Positions 53,099-64,000 of a stretch of 64,000 nt of DNA are shown one piece after another. Source of the DNA: an uncultured Verrucomicrobiae bacterium (lineage in GTDB: Bacteria > Verrucomicrobiota > Verrucomicrobiia > Limisphaerales > Palsa-1400); NCBI GenBank assembly GCA_963702845.1, contig OY969763.1:1856001-1920000 (forward strand), in the 5' to 3' direction. How positions within the stretch are numbered: position 1 is the first letter of the stretch; each line of letters starts with the position of its first letter. The notes beneath the pieces were generated by a model, which did not search any database, was not told the DNA's origin, and worked only from the letters and a program-made list of their open reading frames with translations. The translations under genes and the position numbers were made by a program.

Positions 53099-54177
53099 GG
53101 CGCTTCTTCAACTCCTCTCGGATGCGCTTGCCAGCCACACGCGCGAACTTCGGTGGCACGGCGTTTCCAATCATATCGCATACCACTTCCATGTGATCCG
53201 TTTCAAACTTGTAGCCGCGTGGAAAAGTTTGAATCAGCGCCGCCTCACGCACCGAAATTGTCGTGCGACTTTTTTTGTTGGGATGGCCGAAGCGCCCCTT
53301 GCAAGCCGTAGTACCAGCCGCCAGTCATCGTGATGGGAGTTTGATTCCATGACATCCGACCATAAGTGTTTGTGAATCCTTCGTAGCCGCTACGATGACA
53401 CTCGGGGCGAATGGATTCCTCCAACCCCAGCCACGTCTTTCCAGGAATTGCGGCGTCGAGTCGCGCGGCAACTTGCGGTTGAAGGTCGCGGACAACGTGC
53501 CAATTGAATTTTCTTGGCCCGCCCTTCTTGCGTGCCTTACTCATCACAATCGGAATTGGTTGTTTCGCAACCACGTCTCGGAGCGTGAGCCATTTTTTTT
53601 GTTTTGAATTTGGCTGTGGATTCTTGGCGTGAGTGGTTTCAGGAAATGGAATGGCGAAACCGCGTCCAGCAAAAAGCACGAGCCGCCTGCGCGATTGCGG
53701 CACGCCATAATCTGCCATTTGAATGACTTGCCATCGAGGCCAATAACCCGCCGCGCGCAAACGCGCCAAGAACTTCTTGAAGATTCGCTTGCCCCTTTTC
53801 TGCAAACCCGGAACGTTCTCCATCATAACTACGGTGGGTTTGAGTTCTCTAATGAGCGTCGCCATTTGCAACACCAATTTGTTGCGTGGGTCTTTTCGTT
53901 TGTTTTTAACGGTGAGCGAACAAAATCCCTGACACGGGGCGCACCCGGCCAGCAGGGATATTTTTTTTCCGCCGCACAATTTTTGCAACTCGCTCGCGGT
54001 AACTTTGCAAATATCGCGTTCAATTAGATTTGTCTGCGGATGATTCTTGCGGTAGGACTTCGCAGCCGCTGCGTCGATCTCAACGGCAGCACGAACATCA
54101 AAGCCCGCTTTCTGCAGGCCTTCTGACAGGCCGCCACACCCGGCGAACAAATCAATTGCAATGAGCGGTTTCATCAA
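53079..54177 (-). CDS. dcm: DNA (cytosine-5)-methyltransferase; frameshift near 53315
   Basis: [25 protein letters not shown]; motifs IX/X ([20 protein letters not shown]) continue in a shifted frame. Confidence 0.9.
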
Positions 54178-56300
54178 GATTTTCCACCTGACAACTTTCT
54201 CTGCCTTTTTGCCTCGTTTAGGAATTCCTTATGTGCTTGCCCAGTCCGGAGCAAAAATGTTTTCCAATTTATGTGTGTGAGTGCCTGCGTGGACTTGTAG
54301 CCGTCAAATGCCGCCCGAGTGGCTCCTGTGAGTCCGATTTGATCGCAAATCAATGTGATGTGGAATTTTGGAAATTTGTCGGCAAAGTCTTTATTTCCTT
54401 CTTCTTTCAAGAAATCCCGCATTAAATCGTGGTAGCGCACAATTCTCTCCATTTCCTCATTGGCCAACTTGTGTTTTGGACGCTTAATTTCAATGATCTG
54501 AACAGTATCGTCCTGACTTGAAAGAACGAAATCAGCACGTTTAGTGGAATCGGAGAAATCATGCAACACAATATCCTTTTTCGTCCGGTCCTTGTAAAAT
54601 TTTACGAACTCTGTTCTCAATGATTCAAAAGACTGGTTGGCGGTAATTGGCGACCATGCTGGGTTAATTAACCAAGGGGCTTCCGTGAGCAGTTTTTGCA
54701 GTTCCGCTTCCTGGGTGGTTTTGTCGTCTTTGAGTTTTTCTATGGTTTCTATAACTCGCACGCGATCATCTACAATCCGACCAAACGAGGCCAATTCTGC
54801 GATGCGCGCGGTCTTCAATACTTCCGACACCACGGACATCGGTCTGTCTTTTGAGCCCGCAGCTTGCTTAAGTTTTCGATCCAAGGTTATGTGTGGCCCG
54901 AGCAGGAGGCTGAGTTGCACGAAACACTCGATTGTTTCCGGGTCTTCTAGTTCGTCTTTGCGCGCAGCTTTAGCTATTGTCTCCGCCATTTCCATGGTCT
55001 GCTCACGAATTTCTTTGTTGTCTTTACCAGGATATGCCGCTTCAACTTTTTGTTCGATTTTGGATTCTTCTTGGAATTTTTCCCACGCCGACACCCTCAT
55101 GGGTTCACGAGTAATTTTGCCGAGCAATTTCACCAGTGACTGCCCCCACTTCTCAAAGCTTTGCCCCAAATCGTGTGACCAAAGAATATCTTGACGGTCT
55201 GTGCGGATGAGATCTTCCGCCTCATCGAGCCAGGGGGTGTGCAACTCCCCGATCAGATAGGAACGCACATCGTGTTCTCCAGTAAATCCTGCCGTTAGGT
55301 CAAAAAGTTTTGTCTGTGCAGCAATTTTGCCGCGGCAATAGATACGAATACCGGCCATCAATTCATCTTTGTATGGCTTCGGCGCGTAACCGACCCATCC
55401 GGTGACAGGGTAAAAGCGGCCTTCATGTTCAAAGCCGGGAAGCAAATCGCCCAGGTCAATATTCGGAGGGCCGGTTACAGTGTAGTCGGTTGATTTAGAG
55501 GAGTCCTCTTTGGCTTTTGCTTCGCGTGAAAATGTTATTTTCGTGGCGCTGTTTGCTTCAATTTGAAACTCGCCGACCGAACACTCGTAACCTTCTTGGT
55601 TGGATTTTTTGTTTATATCCCGGAGCGCAATGCTCCATTTTGCCGACTGCAATCCGAACCGCTGTGCCATCTGACGCTCAAAGTCTACGATGGTAGGAAC
55701 GTGACGGTAATCGAAAATCGTCATCCGAATAATCGTTCCGGCCTTGGGACGATAAGTGCCATCGAGTGAGCCTATAGGCGGAAAATATGGTTCGTCTGTT
55801 TCACTCAGAATCGCACGACGCTCAAGGATAAGATGGCACGTCAAATAGCCCGTTTTTTCTACCCCTTTAGCGTCGGTGTATTTACATGCGTTGCCACCCG
55901 CCGTGATAACCTCAATCTTTTCGCATACACCAAAAGGAGCTAGTTTGCCGACGCCCTTTCGCCCCATCACCCGACGTTTGTAAATCTTGGATAAATCGCC
56001 GCGCTTGGGATCACTACGACGTTCTTTTCCGACTTTAAGATAAAATTCATTTACCTGCTCCGCAGTCATTCCAACGCCGTCATCTTCAACCTCAATGACA
56101 TAACCGCGATCCGTTATGACACCTTTGCTCTTCGTTGATAGCAATTCACCCATCGGCGCGCGCACAGTCACTTCAGTTGCGTCAGCGTCGTAGCTGTTTG
56201 CAATGATTTCAGCGATGACAGCCGAAACCCGGTCATAAAGTTTGACGCCCAGCTTGTCAACCGTAAGCCGGGAAATCGTCATTATGTATTTCTCATTCAT
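54174..56300 (-). CDS. GHKL/MORC-type ATPase with C-terminal PD-(D/E)XK-like nuclease domain
   Basis: [25 protein letters not shown]-terminal RADFVL...IIEIKRP. Confidence 0.82.
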   Translation of the reverse strand: MNEKYIMTISRLTVDKLGVKLYDRVSAVIAEIIANSYDADATEVTVRAPMGELLSTKSKGVITDRGYVIEVEDDGVGMTAEQVNEFYLKVGKERRSDPKRGDLSKIYKRRVMGRKGVGKLAPFGVCEKIEVITAGGNACKYTDAKGVEKTGYLTCHLILERRAILSETDEPYFPPIGSLDGTYRPKAGTIIRMTIFDYRHVPTIVDFERQMAQRFGLQSAKWSIALRDINKKSNQEGYECSVGEFQIEANSATKITFSREAKAKEDSSKSTDYTVTGPPNIDLGDLLPGFEHEGRFYPVTGWVGYAPKPYKDELMAGIRIYCRGKIAAQTKLFDLTAGFTGEHDVRSYLIGELHTPWLDEAEDLIRTDRQDILWSHDLGQSFEKWGQSLVKLLGKITREPMRVSAWEKFQEESKIEQKVEAAYPGKDNKEIREQTMEMAETIAKAARKDELEDPETIECFVQLSLLLGPHITLDRKLKQAAGSKDRPMSVVSEVLKTARIAELASFGRIVDDRVRVIETIEKLKDDKTTQEAELQKLLTEAPWLINPAWSPITANQSFESLRTEFVKFYKDRTKKDIVLHDFSDSTKRADFVLSSQDDTVQIIEIKRPKHKLANEEMERIVRYHDLMRDFLKEEGNKDFADKFPKFHITLICDQIGLTGATRAAFDGYKSTQALTHINWKTFLLRTGQAHKEFLNEAKRQRKLSGGKS

Positions 56301-56990
56301 GATGAACAATGGCCCGAATCTAATTTTTCATGCAAACGCATGTGGACATGCTGTGTTGAGTGTGGGCGGGAAATTTATCAGCGTCAATACTAGGGCGCTG
56401 GTCAGTCCGCGACTCCGGCCTTCAACCCTCCGGTGCTCGCGCCGCCAATGTCCTCGGCCTCTCCGATCAGGTGCCAATGGGTTTCTGGCATTTCGCAGCA
56501 TGCCTAATAGACCTCGATAGTGATCATCGAGAACGGGCCGTTTTGAGGTTGTCGCAACAAGCGGAAGTAGAGTATCCAGCTGGAAACTGTAGGTTGCAGC
56601 TGATTCTAAAAATTGAACCACTTTTTTCTTACCGCCACGGCGGCAAAAACCGTCTCAAGGAAACGAAACAGCTTGGCTTCAACGGCCACGTTTCCGTGTT
56701 GAGAAAAATCTTCGTTTGGAAAACTGTGGTTTTTGCTCCCAAGGCATTGAATGCGGTCCACATGAAATCTTCTTGCACCAGTCTAAATGCAATATCCCAC
56801 GGAGTGTGTTGCTGAGAACATTTCGCGCATGCGATCATCCTTTTTTGGAACTGCAGATCGACAAAGGATTCCGGCAAAAGTTCGGAGCGCTGCACGCATT
56901 ACATGAAAAGTGGGGGCCAGATTACGTAATGTAGCGGTTAAGCCTGGCGTCTGAGGAGGTCTCATTGATGCGAGTTTAGTGCACTTAAAT

Positions 56991-57362
56991 TCAGTTGGAA
57001 CTCAACAAATTGAAAATCTCAACGGCCTTGGATGGCGCCTCGCTTTTGTCTGAAATACTGACTGTATTCACGCCGTACGACGCTTTGACCAGGGCATCGT
57101 GAATGAGCTTAAATTTCGAGTCGGGTTCAGTTTCGGGCCGCGCAGCGAATACCAATAAATCGTACCTGAAATATCGAGCACTATGGTCGAGGAAATCGCG
57201 CACCGATTCTTCAAAACTCTGAGACAAAATATAACCGTTTTTGCCGTTGAGGATAAATTTGCGATCGTCATTGCCGATACCGAGTTTTGGTTTGAGATGG
57301 ACATTTATAGTCAGGCTTTTGCCGGTATGATGACTTCCCACGATGATCACTGCCTTTTTCAT
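56991..57362 (-). CDS. Small P-loop-containing hypothetical protein
   Basis: MKKAVIIVGSHHTGKS Walker A-like motif; 123 aa. Confidence 0.55.
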   Translation of the reverse strand: MKKAVIIVGSHHTGKSLTINVHLKPKLGIGNDDRKFILNGKNGYILSQSFEESVRDFLDHSARYFRYDLLVFAARPETEPDSKFKLIHDALVKASYGVNTVSISDKSEAPSKAVEIFNLLSSN

Positions 57363-57479
57363 ATGTAGTTTTGGTCTATGCTGATCGTTGACTTGCTACT
57401 CTTTATTGCGCCGGAGTAAAGGCGTTTCTGGACTGTTTGCGCGTCGTATGTAGTTTTGCTATCGTTGCTCGCATCGAAA

Positions 57480-59068
57480 ATGAGCGCGGCGAACGAAGCT
57501 GAATGCGATGACTCAAGCGGCACCATAAATCCCTCATTTGGGGTCGGAAAGCTGGCGGAAAACCTATTTGAACAATGGACTTACCGAATGGGATGGATTC
57601 CTCGAAGGCAAGAGCCCGATTTTTTCGTTGATTACTTGGTAGAGCCGAGTTCAGGTAAAACATTGGTGGGATGGAGTTTTGGTGTCCAAGTGAAAGGTGT
57701 ATCCATTTCCAAGAACACCGGTATCCGAAAAGGTATGTCGCGAAAGGTAAACACGTCAGGCACTGGACGGAAAAGTGCCGGTATCCCGTTTTTCTCTTTT
57801 TAGTTGATGTAACGAGCAGTCGCGGCACGTGGCTGTTCGTCCAAAAGTACGTTAAGGAGAATATCAGCGAGCGAGCGCTTAAGACTCAACGGAGCTTCAC
57901 GCTCCATCTTCATCCCAAAAATAATTTGGATAACGTCACTGGGTTTATCTCGGCAGTCGAAGCAGCCGCTACATACGTTAACGATATGTATCCTGGTTCT
58001 CCTAAAGCAGCTGTAGAAAAAAGGCAGCGTGAACTGAAGGAACTCGACCCCAGATTATCGATCAAGGTAACAGCCACACAAGACGTTGAGACACTGCACG
58101 TATCCGCCGACCCACCGGTTCCGTTTAAAATGCGCATTCGTGATCCGTCCGCTCGGCTGGCGTTCAAACGAGCAATCGAAAGCGGGACTAAATGCACGTT
58201 GATGCTCGATGCATTGGAGTTTTCCGAGTCGCCATTTTTTGAAAAATACAACAAATCCAAGGGAAGTTTGTTGATGCAATTTGCGCAGAAAACGTCTGGT
58301 CATATCTGTCTTGGCTTCAAAACATCTGCGGGATCGCGAATTCTACAGGTAAACGGCGAATATAGCGCCGGAACAAAACGAGCAACATTCCGCGGCACCA
58401 CCCCGAATGCGCCGCTCGAAATCAAGTGCGGCATAGGGATACCTTGTCTCGATGCAAACAAGGATATTTCCATCGGATTATTCCAGCACTTGGAACGGTG
58501 GGAAGGTCAGCAGGTTCTGCTGCTGTCGCATTTTGATGAGATATTTGGAATATACGAGTCGTTGTTTTCCGGCGAGGGTGTCGAAATCGAGCATTACATT
58601 GCTGGTAATCGTTTTGCCCATGGGAATTTGCAAGGTATAGCAAATGAATCAAGCAAGGGGCTTCTCAAAACACTTCGATGGCTTTCACGCTGTCGCCTTG
58701 TTACAAAACGGTACCAAATTAACCCGAAACTGCCGAGATTGGATTCTATCACTGCGGTTCAACTGGAAGCCGTTGATGATCTCGCGGCCTTGATTTGTTC
58801 AGCAAAGCGCGTAATGCCATATCCACATTTCCATAAACGCGGACGGCCTTCTCGTGTCGCCGAACTGACGAGTCAGGGCCCGATGATTGTAAGGATCGAT
58901 ACCGAGGGTGCGAAATTCGACGTACTTGGGCATCACGTGATTGTCGGAAATATTCGATCCATTTTCACCGGTGTCACTATCACCGTGCTAGAAAATACGC
59001 GTTCCGGAAAACCCGTTCTGGACCTCCGCGGTTCAGCTTCGACGATGAGAATGCTGGAGAAGTTTTAG
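57480..59068 (+). CDS. DUF4365-like (PD-(D/E)XK) domain protein; frameshift near 57715
   Basis: EPDFFVDYLVE...GVQVKG (ORF 57456..57803) joins W...PVFLFLVDV...W in ORF 57671..59068. Confidence 0.65.
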
Positions 59069-59098
59069 CTGGAGTTGGAGTCATATATTCCGAATCGA

Positions 59099-59371
59099 AT
59101 GAGCACATCACACACGTTTGTTCTTGGCCAACGAGTTTCTCTTGAAGAGGACGAAACGTACGAATTCAAAAGTGTAACGTCAGGTCGGCCTGCTGACGCC
59201 ATAGCGAATACCGACGATGAATACGTTGTCGGTTTTTTGAATGGTCAAGGTGGAATAGTTTTGTGGGGAATTTCCGATGAAGGCTTGGTGATTGGTGTCT
59301 CGTTGCAACGCGCCGATCTCGAATATGCACATTTTAGAACGTTTGGAAGAGTTGGTGGCGAGTCTATTTGA
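59099..59371 (+). pseudogene. Truncated Schlafen/AlbA_2 domain
   Basis: EEDETYEFK...VVGFLNGQGGIVLWGISDEG.V.GV, then an abrupt end after about 90 aa. Confidence 0.65.
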
Positions 59372-59719
59372 AGAAAGGCAGCCCACAACTTCCTGATAGT
59401 TATTTTCCTTCGTTTAAAGGAGGTTGGCAGCACGCCAAATTCGGCCTGCGTGTGTAAAAATATTTGGCCCGATATGCTTGGGCCATATGAAAAACAATAA
59501 TCCAAAACCAAATAGCAAGGGTGAGAAGGGCTTGGGATACGGTGGACTGAAGTTATTGATCGATTTTTGGCGGATTTGATCACCAAACTGCGAATTGATC
59601 TGCTCGTGCAGGGGAATGAAATCCTGGGAAAGATTCGGGAAGTGAACGATTCGGTCGATATTATTGCGCGTGAAGTTGAGCGACAGGCGGAAAGGAGCAA
59701 GAAGTCTTAGTGAATTTCG

Positions 59720-60347
59720 ATGGTCCAGCCAATCGTTGTGAGTCTGTTCGACTATACCTGCAATATGGTGAAGCCGTGGGCGGAAGCTGGGTTCCTTTGC
59801 TACTGTGTGGATATAAAACATCCTGCTGGCGAGCATCGCGACGGCAACATTGTTCGGGTCGGCGCTGATGTGCGCGAGTGGCTGCCGCCATTCGCACCAA
59901 TAAAAATTCTATTCGCATTTCCTCCGTGCACGCACGTTGCCGCAAGCGGCGCGCGGTGGTTCAAAGACAAAGGTCTCGGTAGTCTCATTGATTCGCTCCA
60001 CATGTTTGACGCATCAGTGCGTTTGGCGAAGTGGACGAAAGCACCATACATAATCGAAAATCCGGTAAGCACGGTTTCAACCTACTGGCGCAAACCGAGA
60101 TCACACATTCAATCCGTGCGACTTCGGCGGCTATCTCACGCCTTCCAGTGATCCCTACACCAAGAAAACGTGTTTGTGGATCGGAAACGGGTTCGTCATT
60201 CCCAAAATGAAACGTGTGCGACCGATTGATGGAAGCAAGATGCATCGTTTGCCTCCGTCGGCTGGTCGCGCCGCGTTGCGCTCGGAGACTCCGCGTGGAT
60301 TTGCGAATGCTGTGTCCGGGGCGAACTCGAAATCACACCGGTCATAG
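59720..60347 (+). CDS. Phage/plasmid-type small cytosine-methyltransferase-like protein; frameshift near 60098
   Basis: SLFD, AFPPCT...SGARWF, IENPV, then in a shifted frame DPYTKKTCLW...RSETPRGFA. Confidence 0.72.
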
Positions 60348-60363
60348 CGTCATTAGTTCGAAT

Positions 60364-60780
60364 TCAGCGTACGGTTTTCTCGGGTTCGGTGATCGTTCCC
60401 TTAGAGTTCCACCACTTTTCGACTTCCGCTTCGGACATCTGGGGCATTTTACCGATGAGTAGCCTCACTTTGTTACGCCGGAGGATAAAATGGCTGCAGC
60501 AGCCAGTGGTTAGCCAAACTGAAGGCCACAAGGACAAACCGTACTTTGGTTCCAAAGCCATTCGCCAAGCTAATCCCGTTTCCGGCATGAGATTCACTGA
60601 TATTATCTCACCACAGCCGCACGGGCAGAAGAATTTGAGGCTTTTTGCGCGTTTGTTCGGAATGACGATTACAAGCACTCCAGGTTTGATGAGTGATGAA
60701 GCCTGAGTTTGATCATGCGCCCTGACAACCTTGGAGTATTTAACGTCCCTATACGAAAATTTCACTTCGAGACCACTCAT
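60364..60780 (-). CDS. DUF6527-like Cys/His-rich protein
   Basis: FCPCGCG...LWPSVW...CCSHFI; ATGA overlap with the upstream kinase gene. Confidence 0.72.
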   Translation of the reverse strand: MSGLEVKFSYRDVKYSKVVRAHDQTQASSLIKPGVLVIVIPNKRAKSLKFFCPCGCGEIISVNLMPETGLAWRMALEPKYGLSLWPSVWLTTGCCSHFILRRNKVRLLIGKMPQMSEAEVEKWWNSKGTITEPEKTVR

Positions 60781-62318
60781 AGTTTCAGATTCTTAAGGAG
60801 GTCGCAGGCGAGAGAGTAACATAAGGCCCGGCGTTTGGCCATGTGCGGTTTGTCTTCCGCCAGATCTTGCGGTTGGCTAGCAAATCTCAACAGGTGGCAA
60901 ATAGTCAGCACTTCATACTCATATGTGGGGATGCCTTCGCCGCCTGCCAGCCTACGAATTTGATAAATGGCGTCTGTGCGACCATCTGTAACGGTAAAGT
61001 CGCGGGGAGGAAGCAAATGGCCATGATACATCCGGCGCAACGCAGTTTCCGAAAGCTGTTGGTCGGTTTTATCGGTTACCGTCAATGCAATACTCGTTTC
61101 AAGTTTCGCGGGATCACGGGCCAGCGATTCCCGAATTCCGGAATGAGAAAAATCTATTAGAATTGTGTCGATCGAGTTCCACCTAACAAAAACATTCCGG
61201 ACGTTCAGATCACCGTGTACACGACAAATGTAATAGTCGATTTTCGGTTGGTTCTCTAGCTGTTGCCACAATTGAGACGGGCTTGGAAGTGAGGGCGTCT
61301 TTTTTCGCGCGTCGGCAAAGCTACCAGAAAGTCGTGTGGGGTCAGGAAGCAGCGATTTCGCGAGCGCTTCTTTCGGGTCGAGCTTCATCGCTTCCTTCTG
61401 CTGATTAACGTAAAAATAGCCGAGGGATGCATGTATTAGATCAATTGCACGCCGCCACTTTCGCAACGCTCCTTCAAACAGGGATACCATCACAAGCTCA
61501 GGGTTTGAACTGGTGGCGAGATATTCGTCGAGACGTTGTGATCGGCCGACAAACGCAGAGACGATAAGTGCACGTGTGGCACCTTTGATGAATTTAGCTT
61601 CGAGAATAGGCGCACGAAACGGAAATGGAACGTAATCGCGGACAAAATCTTGGTATGTATCAAATTCGGTTTGCAAATCGAGAAGCCGCCCCGCTTTCGC
61701 TACGAATGGTTGACATGGCTGGCTGTCCCGGCTTGCTTCGATTTTCCACACGTTGCAGTCTGTTGAACGTCCTCCTTGCTGTGACGTGAGATTCACGTGG
61801 CTGAAATCGTTAAATGCTCGCTTAAGCAAGATCATGTCAGTCTCATAATCCTCGATGCGAGTTGCCTTGTAATCGTCCTTACTGTGGCCGGGAAGCAAGA
61901 GTGTTGCTTTAGCGACAGCAGGTTGTTTTGCCAAGTGAGAGGTGATCACTCGTGCGAAATCGTTGGGCTCGTTTCTCCTCGGCTCACTGTTGATCACAAC
62001 GATCTGCGCTGATACTTTCTGCTTAACCGCGCTTTGCAGTTTGTACGCAGCAGTTAAATCAGAAGCTGCTACGCCAAGTAACACGCCGTAATCCTGCAGG
62101 TGCGTCGTCAATAACCGTAGCATCCTGCCGTGAGCCTTTTGGGCATCCTCACCATCGGCAGATACCAGCACCGCCAACAAGTCCTCGGCTCCAGCATTGA
62201 ATTCGCTTATATCGCTGGCTGCTTCAACCGAAAGACTCAGCATGGTAGCAATTTCGCGCAAGTTCTCAGGAACCTGACGACCGACCCATACAACTCGGCT
62301 CCGTTGCCCGGCAGTCAA
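60777..62318 (-). CDS. Phosphotransferase (APH/protein-kinase-like fold, TCAD9-like) with uncharacterised N-terminal domain
   Basis: GGRS..V, FVAK, HGDLNVRN catalytic loop, LIDF, D.AKLE; 4-bp overlaps at both ends. Confidence 0.72.
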   Translation of the reverse strand: MTAGQRSRVVWVGRQVPENLREIATMLSLSVEAASDISEFNAGAEDLLAVLVSADGEDAQKAHGRMLRLLTTHLQDYGVLLGVAASDLTAAYKLQSAVKQKVSAQIVVINSEPRRNEPNDFARVITSHLAKQPAVAKATLLLPGHSKDDYKATRIEDYETDMILLKRAFNDFSHVNLTSQQGGRSTDCNVWKIEASRDSQPCQPFVAKAGRLLDLQTEFDTYQDFVRDYVPFPFRAPILEAKFIKGATRALIVSAFVGRSQRLDEYLATSSNPELVMVSLFEGALRKWRRAIDLIHASLGYFYVNQQKEAMKLDPKEALAKSLLPDPTRLSGSFADARKKTPSLPSPSQLWQQLENQPKIDYYICRVHGDLNVRNVFVRWNSIDTILIDFSHSGIRESLARDPAKLETSIALTVTDKTDQQLSETALRRMYHGHLLPPRDFTVTDGRTDAIYQIRRLAGGEGIPTYEYEVLTICHLLRFASQPQDLAEDKPHMAKRRALCYSLACDLLKNLKL

Positions 62319-63664
62319 CTTGGCCTCCCAGGCATAGGTAAAGTGTCTCCCCTCGCGAACACCCCATTAAGCGAACAAACCACGCAATGCGGCAACGGTT
62401 CGGATGATGCCGCACGAACTACGCCGCGATTGAACAGAACCAACTGATGTCGCACCGGAAGGGGCAAACCCGCGACAGCGGAGAGCATCATAGTTACACC
62501 AAGTGAAGCAACTGTGCCGTTTAACGAGATTACAGCTGGTTGAGGTTCCACCGCCCCAACTATATACGGGTCACGCACCCTTGCTTCGTCTGTCAGAAGG
62601 TCCTGGCGCACTTCTTCCGGGTCGAGAAGATTATGGCATAGCAGACAAGGAAGACCTGGAGCGAGCATTTGAATTCTCCCGGTCACGCTTTGGACTTTAC
62701 CAGCACGCACCTGAATTCGAACGCCGAGGTCAACAGTGGGGATGACATATTGATAGGCGAGTTGGTTTATGACTGCACGGCTGCCGTGGGAGTCGGTGCA
62801 ACAAAAAATAAAATCGCACGAGAGCAGTTTTTGGGCATCGCCGGATACCATTACATTTCCGGCATGTCCAGCAGGGTCGGATTCGGGATTAATGTGACGA
62901 ATTAAATTCGCCGCCACGTCCACCTTTGGTCTGTCAATATCGCTTCGCGTCGCACCGACAACACGATTCAGATTCGTTTCCTCAACGCGATCCGGATCGA
63001 GCAACACAAAGTCTTTCACGCCCAAATGGGCGAGTTGTTCTGCAACGATCGAGCCCAAGCCACCAAGTCCAACGATACCGACACACAATTCAGCAAGCGC
63101 TGCTTGCCCTTCAACTCCAAACGCTCGTACGCTCCTATCAAAGCGATGTGGGACCTTTGGGGTCGAACTGTTGCCGCGATTATGAAACGTGACATCTCGT
63201 CCAACCTCAGTGACAGGGGACGCATTGGTCGGAACAGCATTCGGCGCATTCCAAATTCGAGCGTTACAATCACGTGCCGTGAGCAAGAGGGCTCCTTGGG
63301 GAGCTCCGTTTGTCCGTGAAAAGAGAGTCGGCATTAAAATCCGTTCACCTTCATCATCCACGATCGAAAATTGTGCCTTGTCAGCGAAAGGGTGTGTATG
63401 GGTTAAGACCAGCGAGAACCCATCTTTGCGAGCTTTTTTCAGAATGGGCATTATGAACGACGGGTCGATCACGGCACGGAGATTGTCTTGAGCTTGGTAG
63501 GACTCGGAGGGCACAACGAAATGCTCGCGAACTAAAAGCCGTACGCGCTCACCTTCACCAGCGTGGCCCGCAATGAGAAGAGCAGCGGCTTCCTTTGGTG
63601 CTGATGAAAATAGTGCTTTTCGTAGGTGAGGCAGCCCATCGTCTCCGAATACAATGCCTTTCAT
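62315..63664 (-). CDS. JAB/JAMM peptidase fused to ThiF/E1-like adenylating enzyme
   Basis: N-terminal E...HTHPF....FS..DD; C-terminal GLGGLGS, D.D.VEETNLNR, CTD, PCLLC and CVVC. Confidence 0.88.
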   Translation of the reverse strand: MKGIVFGDDGLPHLRKALFSSAPKEAAALLIAGHAGEGERVRLLVREHFVVPSESYQAQDNLRAVIDPSFIMPILKKARKDGFSLVLTHTHPFADKAQFSIVDDEGERILMPTLFSRTNGAPQGALLLTARDCNARIWNAPNAVPTNASPVTEVGRDVTFHNRGNSSTPKVPHRFDRSVRAFGVEGQAALAELCVGIVGLGGLGSIVAEQLAHLGVKDFVLLDPDRVEETNLNRVVGATRSDIDRPKVDVAANLIRHINPESDPAGHAGNVMVSGDAQKLLSCDFIFCCTDSHGSRAVINQLAYQYVIPTVDLGVRIQVRAGKVQSVTGRIQMLAPGLPCLLCHNLLDPEEVRQDLLTDEARVRDPYIVGAVEPQPAVISLNGTVASLGVTMMLSAVAGLPLPVRHQLVLFNRGVVRAASSEPLPHCVVCSLNGVFARGDTLPMPGRPS

Positions 63665-64000
63665 CGCTTTTCCTCGAACCGGCGACGTATCATGGAAACA
63701 TAGTTAACCAAGCTGTCCCGGTTAGGGTTCCAGGCGGCTGGATGCCACGAAAACCAGAGTAAATTAGGTGGCACGCCTGGAGGCTGGTTTTGACCTGTGC
63801 TGACCGGCGGCCCTCCGGAAGCCAATTTCAATCCCGGATCAGTCCAAAACGTGTCAGGTCGGGCGACGGGATATCCGACTGGCACTAGGAAATAAACATT
63901 AGTGGTGGCGGGGGTCCATCCTTCCGGCAGCACGAAATCGTAAAGCTTTATCAAGGTGGTGCCGTTCGAAATTTGCGCTTGCTCCAGCCTAGAAAACCGC
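63661..64000 (-). CDS. Prokaryotic E2/UBC-like protein (family E type), 5' end beyond the window
   Basis: LPEGW, VPVGYP.ARPD.FW, WFSWH, WNPNRDSL; the frame stays open to base 64000; ATGA overlap with JAB-E1. Confidence 0.75.
   Translation of the reverse strand, partial: RFSRLEQAQISNGTTLIKLYDFVLPEGWTPATTNVYFLVPVGYPVARPDTFWTDPGLKLASGGPPVSTGQNQPPGVPPNLLWFSWHPAAWNPNRDSLVNYVSMIRRRFEEKR

Larger units (their letters stand above)
22223..64000. mobile_element. Putative integrative/mobilizable element (genomic island); right boundary not seen in the window
   Basis: Serine recombinase at the left edge, two coupling-protein ATPases, Replic_Relax, primase, RadC, methylases; AT-richer cargo; no housekeeping operons after 22.2 kb. 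Confidence 0.75.

Noticed and set aside
56328..56965. ORFs upstream of the MORC ATPase
   Set aside because: Short, in different frames and without motifs; possibly a decayed gene.
1..64000. CRISPR array
   Set aside because: No series of equal-length repeats with unique spacers, and no cas genes recognised.
22223..64000. Prophage
   Set aside because: No capsid, terminase, portal or tail genes; the backbone is conjugation/mobilisation-like.

Overview
Bacterial genomic window that looks like Verrucomicrobiota (Pedosphaera-like: prepilin-N-terminal '[13 protein letters not shown]' proteins, a '...FFRL' C-terminal secreted protein, short palindromic intergenic repeats). This placement is inferred from gene style only. 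Bases 1 to about 22.2 kb are host chromosome: tkt, an HMA protein, sulP, tRNA-Glu(TTC) with a 1.35-kb att-flanked islet, clpB, ribH/ribBA, and alaS carrying an unusual internal insertion of about 125 aa. Many single-base frameshifts in conserved genes point to long-read assembly errors. From 22.2 kb to the window end lies a putative integrative/mobilizable element. Its backbone is a large serine recombinase, two VirD4/TraD-like coupling ATPases, a Replic_Relax protein, a CHC2-Toprim primase, RadC and an N6-methylase-like gene. It has two cargo blocks. (i) An AT-rich candidate biosynthetic cluster: clavaminate-synthase-like dioxygenase, O-carbamoyltransferase, M20 deacylase, GNAT, HTH protein, radical SAM and a full-length arginyl-tRNA synthetase. 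This is the best candidate for an undescribed system, possibly an arginine/citrulline-mimic antimetabolite with ArgRS self-resistance. (ii) A defence-island-like block: radical SAM + P-loop kinase, GhoS-like, LRAT-like, AbiGi-like, MORC-REase/Dcm/Vsr, DUF4365-like, a Schlafen fragment, and a bacterial ubiquitination-like operon (E2, JAB-E1, DUF6527-like) with a kinase gene inside it. All family calls come from motif recognition by eye; no database searches were run.
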